Shown here one piece after another: positions 51,765 through 62,851 of a stretch of 64,000 bases of DNA. The notes beneath the pieces were generated by a model. It was not told the DNA's origin and did not search any database. It worked only from the letters and a program-made list of their open reading frames with translations. Origin of the DNA: Prevotella sp. (GTDB taxonomy: Bacteria; Bacteroidota; Bacteroidia; Bacteroidales; Dysgonomonadaceae); contig JAITVV010000071.1 in NCBI GenBank assembly GCA_031285625.1, forward strand, positions 32,001-96,000, read 5' to 3'. Every line of letters starts with the position of its first letter. Positions within the stretch are counted from its first letter, which is position 1. The position numbers and the translations under genes are program-made.

Positions 51765-54700
51765 CTACTTTTCGGTTTTTTCTTTTTCATCATTCTTCTT
51801 TCCTGTAAAGAAGTTCTTTACCTTCGAGAAGAATCCGGCTACTTTCTTGACAAAGTTTTGTTTTCCTTGTGATACTCCGACTGATTCAACTACAGCCGGT
51901 TGAAGAATTTGCCAAAAATAATTGAATGTAGAGTGATATGGATCACGATCAATAGTTATATGGGCTTCTCTTGGTTTCGATTTTTCATTATTCGGATTAT
52001 TACTTCTCACCATCATATTTGCCAGGCGTGATAAGAATTTATTCGGTTCTTCATTTTCCGCATCTTTTACGACCAATAGTTTCAAATCATTGTATAGGAA
52101 CTGCATATCGGCTGTAGCTCCTGTGCTTGAAGCCTCAGTCCTAAAATCAAAATTCTGCAACATACCACTTTTCAGTTCAGCCTTAGCGAGAGGAAGAAAG
52201 ATGTCATTCAGATTTTTCAGATCAAATTGCTTCATGTTAGCTTCCAGAACAAAACAGTCATAATCCGGACTGACCGGAATATCCCATCTGGCTGTAAATT
52301 TTCCTCCCATAAACTTCCCATCCGCATCTAGTCGTATAAATTGATCGGGATATGAAGCTATATTAGTTAGTCCGGTTAGTTTTCCATTCATATTGTCAAA
52401 ATAGATCTTCCCGGCAATCGTACCTTTCTTCGGTAATTCTTCATATAATACCGAAAAATTATATACATCAGCAGTATCTATATCTAACTTAACCGGGAGT
52501 TGTTGTATCTTCTCATATATCAAAGGCATTATATTATGCTGAATCTCTATCTGTTGATTTTTGAAATTCTGAAGAACCACATCTTTTACAATAAGATTCT
52601 TGGCCTTTACACTATTATCAGAAAAATATGCCGGAAAATCCAATCCCGAGAGAGCTATATCCCCCACAGTTACATCAAACCAATCTTTGTGTTTTGGATG
52701 CTTATATGCAAATTCAAGTTTTGGATAAGATGACTTCATTCTTATATCTGAGATTTCCGCTTTCTTTTTCTTCTTGTCAATATCTATACTCCCTATTCCC
52801 AAAGTATAGAATCCGTCCATGATAGGGAAATAAAGATCTTTTGTGTTGAAGCGAATATCCGCCATATCAAATTTCCGTTCATCAGTATTGAATGCTAAGC
52901 CATCAATATCCAGGTTTGTCTGGTTTACAGTCTGGTCTACTTTCTTACCATTCTGTGTATAATTGATATTGGCGTTTGTGATATTAAACTCTTTGATGTC
53001 TGCCTGATTTACAAAAGGCTTAATAACTTCATAGAAGTCTTTTGAAGAACCGGAACCTTTCTTAACTGAATCTCCGGGTATACCTTTCTTATCAATATCT
53101 AAGTAAGGTTCATTTATATTAATAGCAGCGAGGTCGAATAGTGATTTCCCATTCTGAACACTCCATTTTAACCCGGAAAAATCAAAGTTCTGCATACTGA
53201 AACGAACGCTTTCATCGGGTTGTTTCATATTGAGACGAGTATCTGAAATAGAAAATTTGCCAATGCCCACATTATCACCAAAGAATGATAAACTCATATT
53301 CTCAGATTGACTCTTATCTTTCTGGGGTGTCTCATTATTAGCATATTCGATCTGAGGAGATCGCAGAATGAACTCACCTATCTGGAATTGTTTATTTATT
53401 TTCCAGTTTATAGCCTTTAAACTTAATGTATCCAACCTTGCCTGTAAGCTAGTCTCTCTATCAACATACCCGGCATCTATGTTGGTAATATTTACATTAT
53501 TTACAAAAAGGCCTTTTACCAGTGATAATATATCCTTATCGGAAGAATTCCCTTTTTTGTTTTTTTCTGAATCTCTCACTTTTGTAATTTTTATTTGAGG
53601 CGATTCTATCGAGAAAGATTTAAATGCGACATTCTTATTTTTAATGTAAGTTTCATTATTGAATCCTGATATATTGATAAATGGAGAACTAAAATCTATA
53701 TAACTGTCAGGAGCTTTAGCCCAAGTCTCTGTTTGTGGTGTAAGCTTCAGGCCTGCCAGTGTTATTCTTCCGGAAAGAGTAGAAATATCAGCTTTTTTTA
53801 TCTGTAAACGATAGTCTTTACTGAGGATAAGATTATCAAAATTACGGAAAGACAGTCCAATATCATTATAAGTAAATAGGTAGGGCGAACTGCTTCGGGT
53901 CTGATCGTTGATTAAGAATTCAGAAGCATAGAAATTGAGGTTATGCACCTGATATGTATCATTATTATTTCTGTCGTGATAAATTATATTGGCATCCTTC
54001 AGGTTGATCTTTTTAACTGACAGAAAGTCGGAATAGGGCTTAAAATTATCCAAAAAATCCTCTGTGGATTCCAGATCTTGTTTTGCAGCGGTATTTTGTT
54101 TTTTATCAGCTATTTTAAAGTACTCTATATTAGCTGAGTCTACTTTTATTTGTTCTGCAGAGACTCCCATATTATAGTCCAGACCATCTACTCTGATCAA
54201 CTTTATGCTTCCCCGCACGTAATCCTTTTTTGTATTTGTGGACAGTGGTTTTATCTTGATATCAGACAAAGAAAAATCATGATCCATTGTATTCAAATAT
54301 AAGCGTCCAATGTTTATATCTGAGTTATTACTGTTTTGTAAGCCATTTATATTAGTACTGGTAATTGTAAAATTATCAACATACCAAAACTTCTTTTCCC
54401 GTTCGGATAAAGGATCTACTAAGAATTTATTGGCATGAAAATCAAATTGTTCGAGCGAGTAGGTATCTGTATATCCACCTTGTGTTATGGCATAGCTGAA
54501 TTTTGTTTTTTCTATTCCAACTTTATTGATCGCAATAGTATGTAAAATAGGAGATATAATACTATACAAAGACCATGTTTGAACTACAGAATCCTTCTTC
54601 TGGGTAGTAACTACAGAATCTGATTTTACACTGTAGTACTGAATATCTGTAGAGGATATATCAAAAGTGCGTGCATCCAGATAGTTTAATCCGTTATCTC

Positions 54701-55589
54701 TTTTAAATCCGATACCATTAACTGCTACGGATTGTATATTCGCTTTTAAGTATCCTCCCTGCTTGGTTGTCCTTCCCTCCCAATATTCATCTATCGGGTG
54801 AATACTTACACCTTCTATTTTTATGATAGAATCGATAGTACTTAATTGTATATTATTGGTGGTTAGTATTACCTGATCGCTATAAAGGAGTGATTGAGGT
54901 TTACTAGCTGAAAACTCGAAATTATCTGCATATAATAATTTACCCGATTCTGAAGAATTTTCGTCCAATCTAAAATTATATGCTTGAAAGTTAGCTTCCT
55001 GCAGGGCATAAATAACAGGTGAATCCTGATCTAATACCTTGTATGAAATATTGGCATTATTTAAGCTTATCCTATTTACCGTCAATAGATTTATATAAGG
55101 AGATACAGTTTGGTATAACGTTTTTAATTCATGGTTTGCATGCTCTTCTTTAAGGGTATCTGTGGAAAGAGTAGGTTCAAATATTTTTATATTGGGGGAA
55201 TTAATTTCGAAAAGGCTGAAATTTAATTTCTTATAATCTCTTTGCCAAGTAAGGTTTATCCCTTTAAAATGAATTCTTCCGATATGAATATCATAATATA
55301 TATTAGGGAGACTATCCCCTTCCTTCCACTGATGAAAGGTAACAGAATCAGGTACCAATTTAAGACCCTCTATTGCAAGTTCTCCGGAGAATAAACCAAT
55401 AGAAAGATGGTCAAATGAAAAACGGTAGAATCCGTCTGTAGCATTGTATACAACTTTACTAAGCTCTTTATTCAGTTTATCCTGAAGCCTGTATGTCATA
55501 TACCAGTTAATAAAAAAGCCACCTATTACAAGAATTGTTAATGTAATAAGTGAAATCTTTATTATTTTTCGTCCTCCTTTAGTCATCAA
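51765..55589 (-). CDS. Large membrane-anchored repetitive beta-strand protein (AsmA/DUF748-like)
   Basis: N-terminal TM anchor, repeated beta units, C-terminal RDPYHSTFNYFWQ..VGV. Confidence 0.6.
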   Translation of the reverse strand: MMTKGGRKIIKISLITLTILVIGGFFINWYMTYRLQDKLNKELSKVVYNATDGFYRFSFDHLSIGLFSGELAIEGLKLVPDSVTFHQWKEGDSLPNIYYDIHIGRIHFKGINLTWQRDYKKLNFSLFEINSPNIKIFEPTLSTDTLKEEHANHELKTLYQTVSPYINLLTVNRISLNNANISYKVLDQDSPVIYALQEANFQAYNFRLDENSSESGKLLYADNFEFSASKPQSLLYSDQVILTTNNIQLSTIDSIIKIEGVSIHPIDEYWEGRTTKQGGYLKANIQSVAVNGIGFKRDNGLNYLDARTFDISSTDIQYYSVKSDSVVTTQKKDSVVQTWSLYSIISPILHTIAINKVGIEKTKFSYAITQGGYTDTYSLEQFDFHANKFLVDPLSEREKKFWYVDNFTITSTNINGLQNSNNSDINIGRLYLNTMDHDFSLSDIKIKPLSTNTKKDYVRGSIKLIRVDGLDYNMGVSAEQIKVDSANIEYFKIADKKQNTAAKQDLESTEDFLDNFKPYSDFLSVKKINLKDANIIYHDRNNNDTYQVHNLNFYASEFLINDQTRSSSPYLFTYNDIGLSFRNFDNLILSKDYRLQIKKADISTLSGRITLAGLKLTPQTETWAKAPDSYIDFSSPFINISGFNNETYIKNKNVAFKSFSIESPQIKITKVRDSEKNKKGNSSDKDILSLVKGLFVNNVNITNIDAGYVDRETSLQARLDTLSLKAINWKINKQFQIGEFILRSPQIEYANNETPQKDKSQSENMSLSFFGDNVGIGKFSISDTRLNMKQPDESVRFSMQNFDFSGLKWSVQNGKSLFDLAAININEPYLDIDKKGIPGDSVKKGSGSSKDFYEVIKPFVNQADIKEFNITNANINYTQNGKKVDQTVNQTNLDIDGLAFNTDERKFDMADIRFNTKDLYFPIMDGFYTLGIGSIDIDKKKKKAEISDIRMKSSYPKLEFAYKHPKHKDWFDVTVGDIALSGLDFPAYFSDNSVKAKNLIVKDVVLQNFKNQQIEIQHNIMPLIYEKIQQLPVKLDIDTADVYNFSVLYEELPKKGTIAGKIYFDNMNGKLTGLTNIASYPDQFIRLDADGKFMGGKFTARWDIPVSPDYDCFVLEANMKQFDLKNLNDIFLPLAKAELKSGMLQNFDFRTEASSTGATADMQFLYNDLKLLVVKDAENEEPNKFLSRLANMMVRSNNPNNEKSKPREAHITIDRDPYHSTFNYFWQILQPAVVESVGVSQGKQNFVKKVAGFFSKVKNFFTGKKNDEKEKTEK

Positions 55590-55672
55590 ACAAAGTTAGT
55601 TTTGTTTCGTGCATTTATTTAGTTAACAAATTTTGAAACAATTTGTTTGCTTCTGACTATCAGACTAGAAGT

Positions 55673-56866
55673 TTATCCTAACGTTTCATCGATAATATCG
55701 GATGCAACTTCTTTTTTTGATTTCAGGGCGAAGTCTTTTCGCTCACCATTTTTATTCAGGATGGCTATCTTATTGGTATCGTACTTAAAACCCGCTCCGG
55801 CATCATTTAACGAATTAAGTACGATGAAATCGAGATTTTTCTTAACAATCTTTTTCAGAGCATTTGTCTCCTCATCATTTGTTTCCAATGCAAAACCGAT
55901 AAGGGTCTGATTTGCCCTTTTCATTTTGCCAAGTGAAGCTGCAATATCTTTATTGGGAACAAGGGAGATGGTAAAAAGGTCTTCCCCTCTTTTTACTTTT
56001 TCGGCATATTGTTCCGAAGGACGAAAATCTGCAACGGCAGCGCACAAAATTGCTGCATCCATCGAGGAAAACTCTTTAACGGAGGCATTATACATTTCCT
56101 CTGCAGACTCCACATCTATCCTTGTTATATTGGGATGATTAACTTTTAATGAGACAGGACCGGCAACAAGAGTTACTTCAGCTCCACGACGGGCACATTC
56201 TTCGGCGAGAGCAAACCCCATCTTTCCGGAAGAATAATTGCCGATAAAACGAACAGGATCTATTTTTTCATACGTAGGTCCCGCCGTTATCAGTATTTTT
56301 TTTTTTGATAAGGCTTCTCCCTTTGCAAAGAAATCTTCTACAATGGTCAGTATTTTTTCCGGTTCTTCCATGCGTCCTTTACCTATAAGGTGGCTTGCCA
56401 GTTCTCCGGCGGCCGGTTCAATTATAATATTCCCGTACAAGCGAAGTATTTCCAGATTGCGAACAGTAGCGGGATGAGCAAACATATCCAGGTCCATAGC
56501 CGGAGCTATCATAACAGGCGCTTTCATCGACATATATGTTGTGATGAGCATGTTGTCAGCCACACCATTTGCCATTTTCCCTAATGTAGAAGCGGTAGCC
56601 GGAGCTATCAGCATCAGATCAGCCCATTGTCCCAGATCTACATGGCTATGCCATGTTCCGTCATTCGCAGTGAAAAACTCACTCACTACAGGCTTTCCTG
56701 TCAGAGCAGATAAGGTAACAGGGGTAATAAACTCTTTCCCGGCAGGAGTAATAACAATCTGCACCTCTGCACCAGCCTTTATTAGCAGACGTGCAAGCGA
56801 TGCTGCTTTATAAGCAGCAATACTACCGGTGATACCTAGTACTATATGTTTATCTTTTAGTGTCAT
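55673..56866 (-). CDS. coaBC: Phosphopantothenoylcysteine decarboxylase / phosphopantothenate--cysteine ligase
   Basis: GITGSIAAYKA, APATA, PAM, ITAGPTYEKIDPVRFIGNYSSGKMG, GFALET. Confidence 0.97.
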   Translation of the reverse strand: MTLKDKHIVLGITGSIAAYKAASLARLLIKAGAEVQIVITPAGKEFITPVTLSALTGKPVVSEFFTANDGTWHSHVDLGQWADLMLIAPATASTLGKMANGVADNMLITTYMSMKAPVMIAPAMDLDMFAHPATVRNLEILRLYGNIIIEPAAGELASHLIGKGRMEEPEKILTIVEDFFAKGEALSKKKILITAGPTYEKIDPVRFIGNYSSGKMGFALAEECARRGAEVTLVAGPVSLKVNHPNITRIDVESAEEMYNASVKEFSSMDAAILCAAVADFRPSEQYAEKVKRGEDLFTISLVPNKDIAASLGKMKRANQTLIGFALETNDEETNALKKIVKKNLDFIVLNSLNDAGAGFKYDTNKIAILNKNGERKDFALKSKKEVASDIIDETLG

Positions 56867-57246
56867 AAGTTCATATTTTAAACAAAGATATATGCATCCT
56901 GTATCTAATCAAAACATATTTGGCATAAACAATATTAAATATTTACTTTAAGTAATTGACCAGATAAAAAAGCAATTGATATACAATTATTTATGCTGAA
57001 AAAGTAACAAAAGTAACACATTAAATGAACTTTTTTATTGTTACTTTTTACATTTCATTTTGTATTTATAGCTTCTATAAGACAAATTTAATTCTTATTT
57101 AACAAATAATGCCAATTATTTCAAAATGAAACAAAACTACTAACTTGATGTGTCAATTGCTATAAAATAGCCTATTTACGTTGCACATTGAAAATTTATT
57201 TATAAATTGCACACCTGAAATTTTAACATTACTATAAACTAATATC

Positions 57247-58707
57247 ATGTCAGAAAATTCTTCAAAAATCAAGTTTTACAGTGGAGAAGATATTCCATTG
57301 GAGTTACACAAAGTTCGTGTTGTTCAAAAATTACATTTAGTTCCTATCGAACGTCGTTTAGAAGCACTATATGAAGCAGGATTTAACACCTTCAGGCTCG
57401 ATACCAAAGATGTATTCCTGGATATGCTTACCGACAGCGGTACCAATGCATTAAGTGACCGGCAGATGGGGGCAATGATGATTGCAGATGATGCTTATGC
57501 AGGCTCACAAAGCTTTGTACGCTACCAAAAAGCCGTTGAAGAAGTTCTGGGTAAAAAATATTTGTTGCCTGTTCATCAAGGTCGTGCTGCAGAAAATATT
57601 ATATCCAATGCATATATCCGTAAAGGTAGCATTGTACCGATGAACTATCACTTTACTACTGCGATGGCACATATTACACAATATGGCGGTAAAATCGAAG
57701 AATTACTTTATGACGAAGCTTATGTGATAAATAGCAAGCACCCTTTCAAAGGGAATATGAATCTGGAAAAACTGGAAAAATGCATTAACAAACATGGTGC
57801 GGCAAACATTCCTTATATCCGGATGGAAGCCTCTACTAACCTGATAGGCGGACAACCCTTCTCTATCGAAAATTTTAGAGGGGTACGTGCTATTGCCGAT
57901 AAATACAAGATTCGCCTGGTATTGGATGCAAGTCTATTGGGTGAGAATGCATGGCTGGTTAAGCAGCGTGAAGAAGAATTTAAAGACAGCAGCATGGCCG
58001 AAATTATTTTAACAATGACTGGCCTGGCTGATTTAGTTTATTTCTCTGCCCGCAAACTAAGTTCGTCTCGTGGCGGAGGCATTTGTACAAATGATTATGC
58101 CATTATGAAAGAGCTGGAACCACTTGTGCCTCTTTTCGAAGGTTTCCTTACATATGGAGGTATGTCGGTTCGTGAAATTGAAGCTATAGCAGTTGGATTG
58201 TATGAAACACTCGACGAAGGGATGATTTGCCAAAGTCCCCAATTTATCGAATATCTGGTCAATTCTTTAGATAAGAAAGGTGTTCCTATGGTTACTCCGG
58301 CAGGAGTCTTGGGTGCACATGTAAATGCAATGGAAGTTTGTGCGCATATTCCGCAATCCGAATATCCTGCAGGTGCTTTAGCCGCCGCATTCTTCCTTAT
58401 TTCAGGTATTCGTGGAATGGAAAGAGGATCGGTTTCAAATCAGCGTGATGAATACGGAAATGAAACATATGCGGATATGGAGTTGCTTCGGTTGGCTGTT
58501 CCGCGCCGTGTATTTACACTGTCGCAAATTAAGTATGTAGAGGACCGTATGACATGGTTATACGATAACCGCAACCTGATAGGCGGGCTCAAGTTTGTAT
58601 ACGAACCACCTGTACTCCGTTTCTTTATGGGAGGATTGGAACCTATCAATGACTGGCCACAACAACTAATGGCCAAATTCAGGGAAGATTTTGGAGATAG
58701 TCTGTAA
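57247..58707 (+). CDS. Tryptophanase / tyrosine phenol-lyase family PLP-dependent beta-eliminating lyase
   Basis: DMLTDSGT, DDAYAGS, HQGRAAE, SARK (PLP Lys), EGFLTYGGM, RLAVPRRV. Confidence 0.9.
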   Translation: MSENSSKIKFYSGEDIPLELHKVRVVQKLHLVPIERRLEALYEAGFNTFRLDTKDVFLDMLTDSGTNALSDRQMGAMMIADDAYAGSQSFVRYQKAVEEVLGKKYLLPVHQGRAAENIISNAYIRKGSIVPMNYHFTTAMAHITQYGGKIEELLYDEAYVINSKHPFKGNMNLEKLEKCINKHGAANIPYIRMEASTNLIGGQPFSIENFRGVRAIADKYKIRLVLDASLLGENAWLVKQREEEFKDSSMAEIILTMTGLADLVYFSARKLSSSRGGGICTNDYAIMKELEPLVPLFEGFLTYGGMSVREIEAIAVGLYETLDEGMICQSPQFIEYLVNSLDKKGVPMVTPAGVLGAHVNAMEVCAHIPQSEYPAGALAAAFFLISGIRGMERGSVSNQRDEYGNETYADMELLRLAVPRRVFTLSQIKYVEDRMTWLYDNRNLIGGLKFVYEPPVLRFFMGGLEPINDWPQQLMAKFREDFGDSL

Positions 58708-58725
58708 TCAAGACTTTATAACTTG

Positions 58726-58873
58726 GAGGGTGTCAAAAGTAAAACTGCACTATCAAAGTGCGACCCTCTTTGTCATCCTGAGTGCAACGAAGGATCTCGA
58801 CCCTCCGGACATGAGATGTTTCACTTCGTTCAACATGACAAAAAGATAGCGAAAAATACTTTTGACACACCTC
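58726..58873. mobile_element. MITE-like element with terminal inverted repeats enclosing a REP-like palindrome
   Basis: GAGGGTGTCAAAAGTA / TACTTTTGACACACCTC ends; inner TGTCATCCTGAGTGCAACGAAGGATCTC...GAGATGTTTCACTTCGTTCAACATGACA. Confidence 0.7.
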
Positions 58874-58877
58874 TTTT

Positions 58878-60176
58878 TTATTTTAATAAGAACGTTTTGA
58901 ACTCTTCGAAAGCTTTACTCATGCTAAGGCTTTGTTTCTTACCTTTCATGAATGCTTCTAATTTTTCCGGTATAACTACTTTTTCTCCTATTATAGATTC
59001 TACGGTCTCCAAAAATTTTGCAGGATGAGCAGTCTCCAGGAATACACCTGTTTCATTTGCTTGCAGCTCATCTTCCAATGCTGAATAGCCACATGCACCA
59101 TGCGGATCGAGAAGGTAGCCTGTCTTTTTATATGTATCTTTCACCACTTTACGGATTGTATCATCATCGTACCATTTTCCTGAGATATCGCTCTTTATCT
59201 TATGCAACGATTTATCATAAAGATCTAATATTCGTACAAAATTGCTCGGATCACCCACATCCATTGCATTTGCTATTGTTTGAACAGATGGTCGCGGATT
59301 ATATTTTCCGGTTTGCAGGTATTCATAGAAAATATCATTGCTGTTATTGGCAGCAATAAATCGTTTTACCGGCAATCCCATTCGTTTGGCTATCAATCCT
59401 GCTGTTATATTACCAAAGTTGCCGCTAGGAACAGAGAAAACGACATTTTGTGCTTTTCCCTGCTTTAACAGTTGAGCATATGCATGGAAATAATAAAATG
59501 CCTGAGGCAGGAAACGGGCCACATTAATTGAATTAGCTGATGTCAGGTTCAGTTTTTTATTGAGCTCGTCATCCAGAAAGGCTGTTTTGACCAGAGCCTG
59601 ACAGTCGTCAAATGTTCCATCTATCTCTATTGCAGTAATGTTCTGTCCCAGTGTGGTAAACTGGCACTCTTGGATAGAGCTTACTTTTCCTTTCGGATAT
59701 AATACATATACATGGATACCTTCAACACCCAGAAAACCATTTGCAACTGCGCTACCTGTATCTCCCGACGTGGCTACCAGCACTTTTACATTTTTTTGGC
59801 CTTGTTTCTTAATGAAATATCCTAACAAGCGCGCCATAAAACGTCCGCCAACATCTTTGAATGCCAGAGTAGGACCATGAAACAATTCAAGGCTGTATAT
59901 ATTATCAGCAACATGCACAACAGGGGTATCGAAGCTTAATGTATCATATACAATTTGTTTCAGAACATCCGTTTCAATATCTTCACCAAAGAAAGCATCA
60001 GCCACGGTATATGCTATTTCCTGAAAACTCATATCACCAATATTCTCATAAAATGATTGTGGCAATGTTTTTATATGTTCAGGCATATAAAGGCCTCTGT
60101 CAGGTGCTAACCCTTTAACAACTGCTTCCTGCAGTTTCACATCGGCTGCTTGCTTATTTGTGCTGTAGTATTTCAT
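58878..60176 (-). CDS. thrC: Threonine synthase
   Basis: True start MKYYSTN at 60176; GLAPDRGLY, LFHGPTLAFKD, ATSGDTG, NSIN, PSGNFGN, TAHPAKF. Confidence 0.96.
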   Translation of the reverse strand: MKYYSTNKQAADVKLQEAVVKGLAPDRGLYMPEHIKTLPQSFYENIGDMSFQEIAYTVADAFFGEDIETDVLKQIVYDTLSFDTPVVHVADNIYSLELFHGPTLAFKDVGGRFMARLLGYFIKKQGQKNVKVLVATSGDTGSAVANGFLGVEGIHVYVLYPKGKVSSIQECQFTTLGQNITAIEIDGTFDDCQALVKTAFLDDELNKKLNLTSANSINVARFLPQAFYYFHAYAQLLKQGKAQNVVFSVPSGNFGNITAGLIAKRMGLPVKRFIAANNSNDIFYEYLQTGKYNPRPSVQTIANAMDVGDPSNFVRILDLYDKSLHKIKSDISGKWYDDDTIRKVVKDTYKKTGYLLDPHGACGYSALEDELQANETGVFLETAHPAKFLETVESIIGEKVVIPEKLEAFMKGKKQSLSMSKAFEEFKTFLLK

Positions 60177-60364
60177 ATACGAATAATTATTGGATGGCGA
60201 AAATAATAAAATGACAACAATAAACCAACAGAATAGATTTTTATTTAATATTATGGATAATAATAAATCAAATTGTTCCTGTTTTATTATTCTTCTTTTA
60301 CATGGAAGAAAAATCAAGTAAAAAGAGTTTAACAAATCAGTATATACTTGTTTTTATAAGCATC

Positions 60365-61312
60365 CTATAGCTTCCATCGAAAATACTTTTTTAAAACACG
60401 CTTTACATTATCAATGGACACAGTCAGTTTTTTAGGCTTCATAGATTTTCCTGCTATAATAAGTATTACAGCTAATAGTATCATTAATATACCTGTGGCC
60501 AGCCGCATTGTAAATAATTCACCAAAAACGGTAACTCCTATAATGACTGCAGTAAGTGGCTCCAATGCTCCCATAATGGCTGTCGGGGTAGATCCAATAA
60601 TATGTACAGCTTTCACCATCATTATCAGAGAGATAATAGTAGGAACCAGAGCCAGCATAATTGCCCACATCCACATAGAAGGGGTGGTAAGCATGTGTAG
60701 ATGGTTGGCCTCATTTGTAAATGAGTGGATAATGATTGTGGATACACAAAATAGTAATACATAGAATGTCAGTTTTACGGACGACATCATCAGTGAGGAC
60801 TTATTTACTACAATAATATAAATAGCATAAGTGAATGATGATACCATTACTAATATTACACCCAATGTACTTAAAGTATTTCCCCCTTCGTTTTTGTATA
60901 GAAGCACAATTCCTCCTAATGCCAATAGGATGGACAGGACAGTGACAAGAGATATCTTCTCCTTAAAAAATACAGCCATAATAATGGCAACCATAACAGG
61001 ATACACAAATAAGATGGTTGAAGCTATTCCGGCATCCATATAATTGAAACTACTGAACAGGCTTAATGAGGAGACTCCGAACAGGATACCCAATGGACAT
61101 AATATCGAAATTTCTTTTTCTGAAACAGAGAAAGATTTCTTTTGTATGAGCATTAATCCTCCAAGAATTATCGCAGCAAGAGAAAAACGGTAAAATAATA
61201 CCGAATTGGCATTCATCCCTTCTTTATATAAGGATAATGCTCCAAGAGGATTTGTCCCATAGCTTATAGCCGCGACAACACCATATACTACACCCTTAAA
61301 CTTTGTATCCAT
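60365..61312 (-). CDS. EamA/DMT family transporter
   Basis: About 10 TM helices in two repeats; LFYRF, YPV, LEPL. Confidence 0.9.
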   Translation of the reverse strand: MDTKFKGVVYGVVAAISYGTNPLGALSLYKEGMNANSVLFYRFSLAAIILGGLMLIQKKSFSVSEKEISILCPLGILFGVSSLSLFSSFNYMDAGIASTILFVYPVMVAIIMAVFFKEKISLVTVLSILLALGGIVLLYKNEGGNTLSTLGVILVMVSSFTYAIYIIVVNKSSLMMSSVKLTFYVLLFCVSTIIIHSFTNEANHLHMLTTPSMWMWAIMLALVPTIISLIMMVKAVHIIGSTPTAIMGALEPLTAVIIGVTVFGELFTMRLATGILMILLAVILIIAGKSMKPKKLTVSIDNVKRVLKKYFRWKL

Positions 61313-61495
61313 CAGGAAATTTCAAAGTGCAAAAGTAAATAAATAATTAAGTAATAGTAGAGGCTCTCTTGTTTAAATATTTAATTTAGATATCAAATAT
61401 CTATGTTTTGAAGCAATATACCCCAATTTATAATTCTTTTCAATACTTTTGCATAGCAAATTTAAAAATGAACTATAAAACCAAACAAGTCAATC

Positions 61496-62851
61496 ATGAC
61501 CGAAATATTAAGAAAAAAATTAAGTGATTCGAAAGCTGCCCGATGGACAGTCCTGATAGTTATAGCTTTCACTATGTTCTGTGCCTATTTTTTGAATGAT
61601 GTGATGGCACCTTTAATGGAAAAATTAGGAGAAGAATTTGGATGGAACTCTCAAGACTTCGGTACATTCAACTTTTCATACGGGTGGATCAATGTATGCT
61701 TGTTTATGCTTATTTTCGGAGGTATGATTCTGGATAAGATCGGAGTACGTCTGACAGGTATCGGATCATGTATCTTTATGATTATCGGAGCTGCCATCCA
61801 ATATTATTCAGTAGGAGAATTCGTCGTTTTTGAAGGAACTATATTTGGTCTGAAGATGCAATTATTTGTGGCATGTATTGGTTTTGCTATTTTCGCTTTT
61901 GGACTTGAAATGGCAGGCATTACTGTTACGAAAACGATTGTCCGGTGGTTTAAGGGATATGAAATTGCATTGGCAATGGGCTTGCAGGTTGCCATTGCCC
62001 GCATGGGAATGGGACTTGCATATCTGATAACTCTTCCTTTAGCTAACAGATTAGGGCTTTCTACTCCTATTCTGGTCGGATTACTGGCACTTTGCATAGG
62101 ACTGATAGCTTATCTGGCTTTCTGTGTAATGGATAAAAAACTGGATGCTTCGATGGAAGGAGAAGAAGTTTCGGATGAGGATAAATTTAAATTCTCGGAT
62201 ATCCTGTATATTGTAAAGAATAAAGGTTTCTGGTTAATAACACTTCTTTGCCTGTTGTTTTACTCTGCCGTCTTTCCATTCATGAAATTTGCAGTTTCAT
62301 TTATGAAAAATAAATATCATATCGATGATGATTTTGCAGGGATTATCCCTTTCATGCTACCAGTAGGCGCGATCTTTCTTACCCCTTTGTTTGGTGGTAT
62401 TTATGATAAAAAAGGAAAAGGAGCGACAATTATGATTCTCGGGGCCGTCTTATTGATTGGCGTTCATTTCTTATTCTCCATACCTATGCTTGATCATTGG
62501 CTGATTGCGGCAATATTAATGATTATATTAGGTATTGCTTTTTCCCTTGTTCCATCGGCTATGTGGCCTTCTGTTCCTAAAATTATACCTGAAAATAAGC
62601 TGGGAACAGCATACGGACTTATTTTCTGGGTGCAAAACATAGGGTTAAGCGGAGTACCTCTCCTAATAGGTAATATCTTAAGTAAATATGTGATCGGCCA
62701 TACAGATAAGGGTGCTGAAATTTATAATTATACAGTCCCAATGATTGTATTTACATGTTTTGGAGTATTGTCACTTATTGTTGCTTTATTGCTGAAAAGA
62801 GAAGATAAGAAAAAAGGATATGGGCTCGAACAGCCAAATGTCAAAAGATAA
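61496..62851 (+). CDS. MFS transporter
   Basis: About 12 TM; GGMILDKIGVR motif A; WFKGYEIALAMG. Confidence 0.9.
   Translation: MTEILRKKLSDSKAARWTVLIVIAFTMFCAYFLNDVMAPLMEKLGEEFGWNSQDFGTFNFSYGWINVCLFMLIFGGMILDKIGVRLTGIGSCIFMIIGAAIQYYSVGEFVVFEGTIFGLKMQLFVACIGFAIFAFGLEMAGITVTKTIVRWFKGYEIALAMGLQVAIARMGMGLAYLITLPLANRLGLSTPILVGLLALCIGLIAYLAFCVMDKKLDASMEGEEVSDEDKFKFSDILYIVKNKGFWLITLLCLLFYSAVFPFMKFAVSFMKNKYHIDDDFAGIIPFMLPVGAIFLTPLFGGIYDKKGKGATIMILGAVLLIGVHFLFSIPMLDHWLIAAILMIILGIAFSLVPSAMWPSVPKIIPENKLGTAYGLIFWVQNIGLSGVPLLIGNILSKYVIGHTDKGAEIYNYTVPMIVFTCFGVLSLIVALLLKREDKKKGYGLEQPNVKR

Noticed and set aside
58723-59028. 101-aa ORF
   Set aside because: Translation of the MITE plus antisense thrC
60177-60335. 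N-terminal extension of thrC in the ORF track
   Set aside because: AT-rich intergenic sequence; family-like sequence starts at MKYYST
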